From Promethearchaeota archaeon (lineage in GTDB: Archaea; Asgardarchaeota; Lokiarchaeia; Sigyniarchaeales; SOKP01): a stretch of 64,000 nucleotides of DNA. The first letter of the stretch is position 1; each line of letters starts with the position of its first letter. The stretch lies in contig JAHPZJ010000006.1 of the NCBI GenBank assembly GCA_019058245.1, forward strand, positions 96,457 through 160,456. Reading direction: 5' to 3'. Of the stretch, positions 30,899-40,284 are shown in pieces. Both the position numbers and the translations under genes were made by a program. A model generated the notes under the pieces. It searched no databases. It worked only from the letters and a program-made list of their open reading frames with translations, and was not told the DNA's origin.

Positions 30899-31075
30899 TT
30901 AAGGCCCCTTAAATGAGCATTTCAAGCATAAATATTCTTTACCCATTTCCCTACACCGCTCACAACGCCAAATTGTTACATCTCCACAAGAAGGGCATGG
31001 AAAATGAACTGCGGCTTCATAGGGTGCAATCGGACGTCCACAACCGAAACACACATTACTCTTGTAAGTACTCAT
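30899..31075 (-). CDS. Zinc-ribbon protein DUF1610 (HVO_2753-like), 58 aa, missing from the ORF track
   Basis: Translated by hand: MSTYKSNVCFGCGRPIAPYEAAVHFPCPSCGDVTIWRCERCREMGKEYLCLKCSFKGP. Four CxxC motifs and the F.GP terminus; lies upstream of aEF-1beta. Confidence 0.93.
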   Translation of the reverse strand: MSTYKSNVCFGCGRPIAPYEAAVHFPCPSCGDVTIWRCERCREMGKEYLCLKCSFKGP

Positions 31076-31389
31076 TGATATATTATCACAGCATTATCAA
31101 AATTTTTACTTAGATATTAAAATACATAATAACTTTAATTATTTTCTAATTTTAACATCTTAAAAAAACCTGTAATTTAAATTTGATTTATTTTTATCCA
31201 TAAAAAAATAGTGTGTAAATTTGATTGAAACAGAAATAATTTACTTTTATCTATGTATTTAACTGTTCTATTTAAATTGATATATTCATTAACGAAAAAA
31301 CATAGAAATGAAATTTTAAATTGATAAACAACATAAATTACTTATAGAGAATTTAATGAAATATAAATTAATCTTTAAAAGGAACAATA

Positions 31390-31920
31390 ATGCCAGAAAA
31401 TAAAGTTAAAAAATATTTCAAACTTATTGAAGCCTGGGCTTGGTGTCCGATATGTGAAGATATGGTCGCTTTAATAATTGATAAAGACGAAATTATTGAT
31501 GGGTTAAAGACTAGTATATATACCAAGGAATTCACTCACAAAAATCCACATCCTGATCTTGATGATACAGATGATTTATCTGGTAATGAGCATACAATTT
31601 ATATTTACATAAATGAAAATTATGATATAACTGGAGTGAAAGCTTTTTTCGGAGAATCACCTACTACTACAGAAATTGGGGCTCAAGCAGCAGAAGAAGG
31701 TGGAGAAGTTAGAATACCAATACTGGTCAAAGAAGTTCCACCTATGGCGGTAAAATTTGGAATGCTTAATAAAGAACAATTTAGAGTTTTAAAAGTTTGC
31801 GATGGAATGAATACCATTGAGCAAGTTGCTCAAATAGCTCAAAAGAGTGTAAGAGATATTGAAGAAATGATGGAACAGCTCCGAAGAAAAGGATTGGTTA
31901 AAATTATTATAAGAACATGA
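31390..31920 (+). CDS. Hypothetical protein with N-terminal CxxC/His site and C-terminal winged HTH
   Basis: WCPIC...H...H; VLKVCDGMNTIEQVAQ...MEQLRRKGLV. Confidence 0.7.
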   Translation: MPENKVKKYFKLIEAWAWCPICEDMVALIIDKDEIIDGLKTSIYTKEFTHKNPHPDLDDTDDLSGNEHTIYIYINENYDITGVKAFFGESPTTTEIGAQAAEEGGEVRIPILVKEVPPMAVKFGMLNKEQFRVLKVCDGMNTIEQVAQIAQKSVRDIEEMMEQLRRKGLVKIIIRT

Positions 31921-31957
31921 GATTTATTTTACTTTTTCCTCATTTTAATGAGCGCTT

Positions 31958-32497
31958 TTACTTAGGTTTTTCTATCATTTCTTTTGTAATTGTTTCAAAA
32001 ATTTGTTCTACATTCTCACCAGTTTTGGAAGAGCATTCAATATAACCACTTAATTTATATTTATTCGCTAATTCGATTGCTTCTTCGGATTGCACTGATC
32101 TTTTATCCTCGAGATCTGATTTTCCTCCAACCATTATGATGGGTATATTCATCTCTTTTTCGGATACAAAATACTCAAAAATCGATAACCAATCATCAAT
32201 ATCTTTTATAGTTGAATATCTTGTTATATCAAACATGAAAATACCACCATCTGCTCCTTTAGCAAAACTGGGTAAAAGTACCCTAAAACGTTCTTCTCCT
32301 GCAAAATCCCAAATTCGAAGTGTTACTGGTTTACCATCAACGGTTACATTTCTAATACTAAAATCTGCGCCAATTGTCATTTTAATGTCCTCTTCGAAAA
32401 TCTTAGTTACGTATCTTTTTATCAATGTTGTTTTACCGACTCCCCCTGATCCAAAAATACACAGTTTATAAGCTAATTTTGACGCTATGTTTAACAC
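31958..32497 (-). CDS. Rab-like small GTPase
   Basis: G1 GSGGVGKT, G2 TIGADF, G3 WDFAGEERF, G4 GKSD, G5 ECSSK. No C-terminal Cys motif. Confidence 0.95.
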   Translation of the reverse strand: MLNIASKLAYKLCIFGSGGVGKTTLIKRYVTKIFEEDIKMTIGADFSIRNVTVDGKPVTLRIWDFAGEERFRVLLPSFAKGADGGIFMFDITRYSTIKDIDDWLSIFEYFVSEKEMNIPIIMVGGKSDLEDKRSVQSEEAIELANKYKLSGYIECSSKTGENVEQIFETITKEMIEKPK

Positions 32498-33118
32498 CTT
32501 ATTTTAGATAGAAAAATTTCTCTTCTTCTAAATTATCGTTATAACCTTTAAAAATCTTTTTAATTATAAAATAATTTATTTTTTATTATTTATTTTATTT
32601 AGTTTTTTTGTTCTTTAAGGATATTATGTGGGTTTTTATTTAATCTTACCAAAGACTTATAGAGATTAGTTATATTAAAAAGCTATGACCTCTATTTTAA
32701 CTAATTTAAGTTATATCTTAATAATTAAATTATTAATAGTACAGAATTAATAAAATAAGCCTTGTTATATAATCTCGGTTATAAAACTCGTTTCAATTAT
32801 CTTAATTCCCAATATTTGGGATAATTTATTCTCAACTATTGGATTAAACTTTACTATTGAATCAATATATTCTTAACAAAAAGAGATCACAATTACCTGA
32901 TAAACGCTATATATTTGTAGTATCTTTAATGTCAATTAGATCTTTTAATATTTGACAAATTAATGATCGAAATTAGTATTTATATGATCTAATTTTAAAA
33001 AAAGATTAATAGTTCGAATATTTTAGTTACTTAGTATAATTTTAATTAAAATTACTGAGAAATTTTATATTACTGGATTTAATTTTAAAATTAGAGGAAA
33101 ATAATTATTGATGATAAA

Positions 33119-34600
33119 ATGAGTGTTAATCAATACGATTTAGCTATTATTGGAGGAGGACCAGGAGGTTATCATGCAGCTATTAGAGCGGCTCAATATG
33201 GAGCAAAAGTCGCATTAATTGAAAAAGCTAAGTTGGGTGGTACCTGTCTTAATTGGGGGTGTATCCCTACAAAGGCTTTATACGCTTCTGCTCATTTAAT
33301 AGAAAAAGTAAAAGAAGCCCATGAATTTGGAGTAGAAATTTCTAATTATAATTTAAACTTTGCCAAAGCTGTTGATAGAAAAAATCAAGTAGTCAAAGAA
33401 TTGGTTGGCGGAATTGAACAATTAGAGAATGCGTGGAAAAATGATGTCTATAAAGGGCATGGTAAAATTATAGGTGGAAATAGTAATGATGGATTTGATG
33501 TGTCGGTTGAAGGTGAAAATAATGAAGTAATTAAAGCAAAAAGGGTAATTATCGCAACAGGTTCCTCACCTGCTCTAATTCCAGCATTTAATATTGATCA
33601 TGAAAGGATTTTAACGAGTGATGATATTTTACATCCCGAATTTAAAACTGTACCTAAAAGACTTTTGATCATAGGTGCAGGTGTTATTGGTTGCGAATTT
33701 GCGAATATTTTTACACGATTTGGCAGTAAAGTAATTATGCTTGAATATCTTCCTTCTGCTATTGCTACAGAAGAACCTATGATTGTAAAAGTGTTAATGA
33801 AAAAATTTGAGGAATTAGGAATTGAACTCCATACTTCGCAAAATGTATTATCTGTAGAAAATACTGGTTCTGGAGTAAAAACTACTACCTGTGATTCCTC
33901 TATTCCACGAGATCAAACGGATTCTGCTGAAAAACATATCTTTGAAGCCGATTTATGTTTAGTATCTATTGGTCGTGCAAAAATATCAAAAGATCTTGGT
34001 TTAGAAAATCTTGGCATAGAAACCGATCGTGGTGCTATAAAAGTCAATAAAGATACGTTAGAGACTTCTATGAAAGGAATCTATGCAATCGGAGATGTTA
34101 CAGGAGGGCTTATGCTTGCTCATGTAGCCAGCTATGAGGGTGATATCGCAGTTGCAAATGCTTTAACCAGTATTGGAGGGTTTCCTGTTAGCGAAATGAA
34201 ACCTGATTATAGAGTAGTTCCCGCAACAATTTTCACCTCTCCAAATATAGGTTCTGTAGGCTATAGAAGAAAAGTTGCAAAAGATATGGGAATGGATGTT
34301 TTAATGGGTCAATTTCCTTATCAATCACTCGGTAAAGCTAAATGTATGGGCGAAGAAACAGGCTTCCTTGCAGTCTTATGTGAAAAGGAGTCACATAAAA
34401 TTATTGGTGCATCTTGTATTGGTACTGGAGCCCCAGAATTAATAGCTGAAATAGCATTGGGAATGCAACATGGTTTAACAGTTCATGATATCGCAGAAAC
34501 TATCCATAGTCATCCAACAATATCTGAAATGGTATTAGAGGGATGTGAAGCAACAGTTGGTATGGCTATTCATAAAAAAGGGAGACCTATTCAACATTAA
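33119..34600 (+). CDS. lpdA: Dihydrolipoamide dehydrogenase
   Basis: GGGPGGY, GGTCLNWGCIPTK, GAGVIGCE, AIGDV...LAHVA, HPTISE. Confidence 0.96.
   Translation: MSVNQYDLAIIGGGPGGYHAAIRAAQYGAKVALIEKAKLGGTCLNWGCIPTKALYASAHLIEKVKEAHEFGVEISNYNLNFAKAVDRKNQVVKELVGGIEQLENAWKNDVYKGHGKIIGGNSNDGFDVSVEGENNEVIKAKRVIIATGSSPALIPAFNIDHERILTSDDILHPEFKTVPKRLLIIGAGVIGCEFANIFTRFGSKVIMLEYLPSAIATEEPMIVKVLMKKFEELGIELHTSQNVLSVENTGSGVKTTTCDSSIPRDQTDSAEKHIFEADLCLVSIGRAKISKDLGLENLGIETDRGAIKVNKDTLETSMKGIYAIGDVTGGLMLAHVASYEGDIAVANALTSIGGFPVSEMKPDYRVVPATIFTSPNIGSVGYRRKVAKDMGMDVLMGQFPYQSLGKAKCMGEETGFLAVLCEKESHKIIGASCIGTGAPELIAEIALGMQHGLTVHDIAETIHSHPTISEMVLEGCEATVGMAIHKKGRPIQH
34430..34600 (+). repeat. lpdA 3' end, left copy of a 171-bp diverged direct repeat
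   Basis: Aligns codon for codon with 39154..39324; 65-bp identical core at 34472..34536. Confidence 0.95.
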
Positions 34601-34623
34601 ACATTAGAATATCTCTTTATTTC

Positions 34624-37600
34624 TTATTTTTTATTATTTGTGGATTTATTAGAAGATACAATCAAAAATTTAGCTTGTTCCAACCCTAAATTATTTATCC
34701 TATAAATTCGTGAAGTAGCGCCATTTATTAGCTTACCTATTCTGGTTTTTTCTGATTCTTTATATAATTCTATAAGACCTTTTTTGATTAATTTATGAAG
34801 ATATTTATTAACAGCACTAACAGATAAATCTAGATATGAAACTAATTCATTTGATGTGAATTGATTGCTATTTTTTAGTTTAGTTATTTCATAAATTGCT
34901 TTAATATACTTTTTCCATCCTTCTCCATAACTAATTTGTTTTTTAAGAGGATTTCCTATTATTTCATCTTTAAATTTAAAATTTTTAATATTATCAATTA
35001 TGTTTTTATAACCTGATTTTACTTTTTTTTTATAATTTTCATATTTCTTTTCAAAAATTTCATCAATATGTTTAATGAATCTGAAATGAGTGATTATTTT
35101 GTGACAATTAGAACAAAGAGCAATACAATCCTCTTCTCTTAACATTTTCCTTATTTTTTGTATATCATATTTTTTAATATCTGTCCATTTAGATTTTTGT
35201 TCATCTGTATTTTCATTTCTATGATGGAAATCGAAGCTAGGCAAGTTGTTTCTAACGGTAATTTCACCACACCCTATGCATTTTCCATTATACATTTCCT
35301 CAATAATATATCTTTTTTTAAGCCATCTCTTAATCTGTGTCTTAAAACTGCTAATCTTTGATGATGATTTCTTTTTTAAATCTGGAAAAGTCTTCAAATA
35401 ATTATTTATAATCTTATCAATTTCGATAGGTGTGTTCTTAAAAATATCATTTTTTAGAATAAGATTCTCAAATTTTTTAAATACTAATGCTTGTTTTTTT
35501 GAATGACAATTAGCACATAATAATGTAAGGTTTTCCCTTTTTATTATTTCAACAATATGATTTAAATTCATGTTAAATATATCTCCCAGATTTACTTTTT
35601 TAGTAGTTTTATCTTTATGATGAAATTCTAAAGCACTAAGTCTTGAGATATCTGTCATACATTCTTCACATTTAATTTTGGATTTTAAACCTAATAATCT
35701 TAGTATAATTTTAATCTTTTTTTTATAATATCTGATTGCTCCCTCTTCTAATCTACATTTTTTACATCTACTTTCTAGAAGATTGTTCTCTTTTATATTA
35801 AATTCTATATAGTCTTTAATTTTATGACATTGACCACATTCTTTTTTCTTTCCATCATCATATAAAGATTGAAAACTTAATTTATTCATATTAAATTCAT
35901 CACTATGTTCATTCAAATAATCTATTAATTCAGAAATGAAACTTAAGAGAGTTCTTTGAGAAAGCCCTAGAGTGTTATTGTTTTTACTCAATTTGGATAC
36001 AAAATATTTAATATTGAATATATTACCAGCTTTCTTTTGCCTTAGTTTTTCACTATTTAAGTCATAAATTAGCTTTATCAGATCTATTAAATAGAGTTTC
36101 AGTGCTAAAATTTGATTTTTATCAAACAATAATTTATTTAAATAATTTAATTCGTGATTGGGAATTTTTTTTACCCAATTAAGCTTATTTTGTTTACTCT
36201 TTAGACTACTAATCAGAAATTTAACAAAATTTTGGAGTTGTAAAACTCTAAATTCATCCATTTTATTATAGATAGCTAAACTAATTATTAACCTTGATTT
36301 TTTTGGAAATTTCTTTATTTTTTTAATATTTCTAAGTCGTAGAGCCTCAGATATTTCTTTCTTATAATGATTACTTGTAGAGAGAAAATTTTTTAACATA
36401 ACTCTTTTAACTCCTTGGTTATAATCCCAACCCCATTTGATATAATTTTTGGTTGGTTGTTTGAATTCAGCTCCTAATAATAAGACTAAATCTTCAGTAG
36501 GAAGTTTAATTAATAGAGAAATTAATTCCTTCTTGTCATCTTCAGTAAATTCTTCTTTTTGGAGAATTTTATTAATTAGAGGTTTTTCCTTTAATATCAA
36601 TGTTGTATTTTTATATAGATTCTCCTTTAAAAGCTCCTTCCAATTTTGCTTAATATTTTTCTGAGGATTTTTAACTTCTTTAAGATAATTTAGTTTTTGA
36701 GAAAGATGTTTAAGAAATTTATGTTTCTCGGCAATTATTTTATGTTTATACCATCTAATGTTTTCATTATAGAAAGCTCGAAAAGCTCTTAAATTTTTAA
36801 AAATTTTTTTCTGTATACTTGTGGTTTCTTCTAATTTCTCTATCAATATCTTTATTTCTTCAATTTTCTTTCTGGTTAATTCTTTTTTTTCTGATAGATG
36901 AAGAAGTCTCCAATATATCTCTCGACTCTGATGGTATTTTCTGATTATATTAAGTAATTCTTCTTTTATTTCTTTTGAAACTTCAGTTTCATTTGCTTCA
37001 TTAATCCATTGTTTCAAAAAGAGTTCCCATTCTTCTCTAATTTCACTTTTTCTATTGCTATCTGTTTTTATAAGAGTATATTCCTTTTGACTCTCTAACC
37101 ATTCTTTAAATCCCTTAGTTTTTTCTTTATTATAAATGGGTCTTTTCCCTGTTTCCTGACGATATCTTTCTTGTAATTCTAACAGTTCTTTTGAAGCAAA
37201 TTCCCTTTTCTGTTTGTCCTTCAGTTTCTCTTGTTTTTGTACTTCCAATATTTCAGAAGTTTCTAACTCCTCATATTTCTCAGGTCTATTTTTGGAGATA
37301 TGCTGAATTTGTTCAGAAGAATAATCTACTTCAATTTTATGTCTTTTTTCTTTTTTTTCAGCCAGAGTTGAATTATTTTTTAAATTTATTTCTTTAGATT
37401 CTTCAGCTCTACTTTTCTTTTTTGTTTTTTGAGAGATTTCTGTTATTTTATCAGATTTTTTAGATTTCTTTTGAGATTTTCTAAGTTCTATTTGAGAAAA
37501 AATGGGCTCATACTTAGTTTTTATTAAATCTTGGTACTCATGATGTTTGGATTCCTTCAATTCTTTTGGATCAGTAATCGAATCTTTTTCTTTTAAATGA

Positions 37601-38631
37601 TCTGTTTTATATGTTTCTCCCTGATTATGTTTTAATATCTTTTCCGATTCTGGTTCTTGTATAAGCTCTGATTTTTGATCAAATGACTTTTCTGATTTCT
37701 TATCTGATATATTCTCTAAATAATGTTCTGATATAAGCTCGGATTCTTGATCTGGTATTTTTTCTAATTCTTGTTCTGGTTCAATCTCTTGTACTTTATC
37801 TCGATTTTCCTGTTGTTCGTTTAATTGCTCAAGATAATCCTGAAGAGGTATAAATTCCCAGTCTGGTTGACGAGGCACCGGTTCTCCCGTTTCTGGATTA
37901 ATAAGCTCCAATTCTTTTTCTAACTCTTCTTTGGGTTTATCTTCAGATTCATTCAGAAATTCCTGCTCCGGATGATCTAAATGTTCACTCATAGGTTCAA
38001 TATCTGGCGAAAATTCGGGTTCTTGTTCAGAGGCATAATCAGAATTATAGCTCCCTTCCTCCATTAATTCTATAATTTCTGGTGGCTCGGCAGGTTTTTC
38101 TGCTTTCCCTTCTGGAGTAATTAATTCAAACTCATCAATCTCCTCAGGCTTTCCTTGTAGGTTTTGCTCAGAAATATTCTGAGATTCAGAATCTATCACT
38201 CGTTCTAGCTGTTCTTCGGGATTTTCTGAAGGAGATAAGATTGTTTCTGTCCCTTCTCTACTCAAATTAGATTCATAATCATTTTCATTATCAGGGGGAT
38301 CTTTTACTGGTTCAAATTTATCATCTCCCCAATCATAGTCTTCATCAGGATTGTACTCATCTCCCCAATCATAGTCTTCATCAGGATTGTACTCATCTCC
38401 CCAATCATAGTCTTCATCAGGATTGTACTCATCTCCCCAATCATAGTCTTCATCTGGATTATACTCATCTTCCCATTCGTAATCCTCATCAGGATTAAAT
38501 TCCCTTTCCTGAAATTCTTTCTCAGGATCAGTTTCAGGATTAATGTCTGGTTCCCCTTCTTCGTATTCTTCACCAGATTCACTAATAGATAATCTCCTCA
38601 GATTAAAGCTGTAACCATAATTTTTATTCAA
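34624..38631 (-). CDS. 1335-aa protein: acidic disordered N-terminus with tandem repeats, two HNH-type zinc-binding nuclease modules, C-terminal winged HTH
   Basis: CEEC...LEFHH...LLCANCH and CIGC...FDFHH...ALCSNCH; extra CGQC...CKKC finger; FTSNELVSYLDLSVSAVNKYLHKLIKKGLI. Confidence 0.8.
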   Translation of the reverse strand: MNKNYGYSFNLRRLSISESGEEYEEGEPDINPETDPEKEFQEREFNPDEDYEWEDEYNPDEDYDWGDEYNPDEDYDWGDEYNPDEDYDWGDEYNPDEDYDWGDDKFEPVKDPPDNENDYESNLSREGTETILSPSENPEEQLERVIDSESQNISEQNLQGKPEEIDEFELITPEGKAEKPAEPPEIIELMEEGSYNSDYASEQEPEFSPDIEPMSEHLDHPEQEFLNESEDKPKEELEKELELINPETGEPVPRQPDWEFIPLQDYLEQLNEQQENRDKVQEIEPEQELEKIPDQESELISEHYLENISDKKSEKSFDQKSELIQEPESEKILKHNQGETYKTDHLKEKDSITDPKELKESKHHEYQDLIKTKYEPIFSQIELRKSQKKSKKSDKITEISQKTKKKSRAEESKEINLKNNSTLAEKKEKRHKIEVDYSSEQIQHISKNRPEKYEELETSEILEVQKQEKLKDKQKREFASKELLELQERYRQETGKRPIYNKEKTKGFKEWLESQKEYTLIKTDSNRKSEIREEWELFLKQWINEANETEVSKEIKEELLNIIRKYHQSREIYWRLLHLSEKKELTRKKIEEIKILIEKLEETTSIQKKIFKNLRAFRAFYNENIRWYKHKIIAEKHKFLKHLSQKLNYLKEVKNPQKNIKQNWKELLKENLYKNTTLILKEKPLINKILQKEEFTEDDKKELISLLIKLPTEDLVLLLGAEFKQPTKNYIKWGWDYNQGVKRVMLKNFLSTSNHYKKEISEALRLRNIKKIKKFPKKSRLIISLAIYNKMDEFRVLQLQNFVKFLISSLKSKQNKLNWVKKIPNHELNYLNKLLFDKNQILALKLYLIDLIKLIYDLNSEKLRQKKAGNIFNIKYFVSKLSKNNNTLGLSQRTLLSFISELIDYLNEHSDEFNMNKLSFQSLYDDGKKKECGQCHKIKDYIEFNIKENNLLESRCKKCRLEEGAIRYYKKKIKIILRLLGLKSKIKCEECMTDISRLSALEFHHKDKTTKKVNLGDIFNMNLNHIVEIIKRENLTLLCANCHSKKQALVFKKFENLILKNDIFKNTPIEIDKIINNYLKTFPDLKKKSSSKISSFKTQIKRWLKKRYIIEEMYNGKCIGCGEITVRNNLPSFDFHHRNENTDEQKSKWTDIKKYDIQKIRKMLREEDCIALCSNCHKIITHFRFIKHIDEIFEKKYENYKKKVKSGYKNIIDNIKNFKFKDEIIGNPLKKQISYGEGWKKYIKAIYEITKLKNSNQFTSNELVSYLDLSVSAVNKYLHKLIKKGLIELYKESEKTRIGKLINGATSRIYRINNLGLEQAKFLIVSSNKSTNNKK
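38321..38500. repeat. 36-bp coding tandem repeat, five units (EYNPDEDYDWGD)
   Basis: Unit tcatctccccaatcatagtcttcatcaggattgtac: three perfect copies, one with two changes, one degenerate. Confidence 0.95.
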
Positions 38632-38825
38632 TCCTTTTCTTTAAGTTTTGATGTTTCCTTGTCTGACTTATCCACTAATAAATTAGTGTCGGAGTTTAAT
38701 GAATTCCCACAAGAACTACTAAAATTATTATAAGTTTTTATAGAATTTTTGCATAAGGGACATACATTCTCAATTCGATTAATAGTGTGATTTGTCAATT
38801 TTTCATATTTGAAATCTAATATCAT
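38628..38825 (-). CDS. Small degenerate zinc-ribbon protein
   Basis: CPLCK...FSSSCGNSL; its stop overlaps the start of the HNH gene (ATGA). Confidence 0.55.
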   Translation of the reverse strand: MILDFKYEKLTNHTINRIENVCPLCKNSIKTYNNFSSSCGNSLNSDTNLLVDKSDKETSKLKEKD

Positions 38826-38981
38826 TCTTTCAAGAATATTTAAATAAAAATTCCTAGATCAATATCGAAGTTTTTCTTTTAAATATAAAAAATTAATTCA
38901 AAAGATGAGAAAAGTTTAAATCTTGATTTACTGGAGTTAATACATTTTTATTATAATAATATCTATATATGGTATCTTCTA

Positions 38982-39095
38982 CAGTGGAAAGCCTTTGATT
39001 ATGAAGAAATAAATAGACAACCCACTTCGAACGAAATGCGCGAAGTAAAGAGTTATGCTAAAGAGTTAAGTATAATTTTTAAGCCTGTATCATAA
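38982..39095 (+). pseudogene. Orphan 3' gene fragment resembling the C-terminus of PflX-type radical SAM proteins
   Basis: QWKAFDYEEINRQPTSNEMREVKSYAKELSIIFKPVS*; resembles the KA.eYpEINR..t..E..Ev..yA.ELG tail as recalled from memory. Confidence 0.5.
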
Positions 39096-39153
39096 TATAT
39101 AATTAATCAAAATTAAATTATGAATCTTTTAATCCAATTTTTCAGATGCTGAA

Positions 39154-39324
39154 GCACCCGAATTAATCTCTGAAATTGCTTTAGGAATGCAACACGGTTT
39201 AACAGTTCATGATATCGCAGAAACTATCCATAGTCATCCAACAATATCTGAAATGGTATTGGAAGGTTCTGAATCTGTCGTAGGTAAAGCAATCCATAAG
39301 AAAGGACGTCCTATTCACCATTAA
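39154..39324 (+). pseudogene. lpdA: Duplicated lpdA 3' fragment (right copy)
   Basis: APELISEIALGMQHGLTVHDIAETIHSHPTISEMVLEGSESVVGKAIHKKGRPIHH*, with no 5' part of the gene. Confidence 0.95.
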
Positions 39325-39703
39325 TTTAATATGAATATTTTTTCTTTCATATATTATTTTTTTTTCTATAAAGCGGTTTTAATGAAATAAAATGAACCAT
39401 AAGTAGGGGGTTCCTATTCATCATCTCCCCTATTTTTTGAATACTCTTTTTGATCAATGATTAATATTAAATGACTGATTTCGATATATTTGATCGATAT
39501 TCGTTATTAATATTATGGTAACTTAACATAGATTCCCTTCGATTTTTGATATGTGACTCCTTTCAAGAATTGATTATTACTAATTTATGCTTGAGGCGAT
39601 CATTCTCGCAAAGCTGTTTTATGTTATGCGACGGAGAAAATATCGGAAATGATCACGTTTATATATGATCATTTCTATACAATACTTGAGGTGAGTAAGT
39701 AAA

Positions 39704-39970
39704 ATGGATAGTATAAGATCGAAGAAAAAGGCACTCAAGAATTTTGAGAATATAAAGGACGCCGTAAAAGGTTTATATGAGATTTTAGAGCTTTCCCTGA
39801 ATGAACATGATTTTTATTATAAAGCAGGTAAAGATAACATTACAGCAATTTATAAGAATCTCATAGAGTTATTGTTAAATGAATATGGGCTTCGTCAACT
39901 TTTAAAGAAGATCCAGAACTCAGAAGTAGATTTGAACATCGTGCTTAATGAGTATTTAGCAAATGCCTAA
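39704..39970 (+). CDS. Small helical hypothetical protein
   Basis: 88-aa ORF with a strong SD (GAGGTGA) and TTTATATA upstream. Confidence 0.8.
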   Translation: MDSIRSKKKALKNFENIKDAVKGLYEILELSLNEHDFYYKAGKDNITAIYKNLIELLLNEYGLRQLLKKIQNSEVDLNIVLNEYLANA

Positions 39971-40035
39971 TAAATTTTTTTTACTGATTTCTTTCTTACT
40001 AAATTTTTGAAAATATCCTAGTTGTATTACTTATA

Positions 40036-40122
40036 TTACTATAATACCAGTTCCCTGACCTCGTCCGTTGAATACTCACCTCACTCATTGTCCTATATAT
40101 TCATGGAGATATCAGGGAACTG
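40036..40122. repeat. Structured 87-bp intergenic element, copy 1 (candidate ncRNA)
   Basis: Identical to 42582..42668; closing stem CAGTTCCCTGA/TCAGGGAACTG. Confidence 0.9.
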
Positions 40123-40284
40123 ACCCTTTTACTTTTTTTCGGAATAATTAACCTTTAATGAAAAATAATATTAATTTATTTCATAATCCGCTTAATAGAG
40201 GTGTGACATTACATTAAAAAATAAAGAGTCATTACAAAAGATTATCATAAATTTCTTAATCTATAAAAATTGAAATGGCAAAAA

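Larger units (their letters stand above)
34472..39260. mobile_element. Integrase-free island of about 4.7 kb inserted in the lpdA 3' end
   Basis: Bounded by the 65-bp identical cores of the duplicated lpdA end; carries a double-HNH protein and a small zinc-ribbon ORF. Confidence 0.75.

Noticed and set aside
30913-31113. 66-aa plus-strand ORF in the track
   Set aside because: Shadow of the real minus-strand DUF1610 gene at 30899..31075.
31958-32497. Q-to-E change in G3 and GKxD in G4 of the GTPase as a novelty
   Set aside because: Such variants are common among Asgard small GTPases.
38321-38500. 36-bp repeats as a CRISPR array
   Set aside because: Head-to-tail units with no spacers, in frame within a CDS, and no cas genes.
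39999-40088. Small minus-strand ORFs starting in the element core (MSEVSIQ...)
   Set aside because: The frames diverge immediately outside the repeat and in copy 3; conservation follows base pairing rather than codons. Not fully excluded.
40036-40122. Structured element as an attC site, SECIS, hammerhead or TPP riboswitch
   Set aside because: It lacks the RYYYAAC...GTTRRRY box order, there is no UGA-containing upstream gene, it has no CUGAnGA/GAAA core, and the AACCTGAT in copy 3 has none of the other TPP features.
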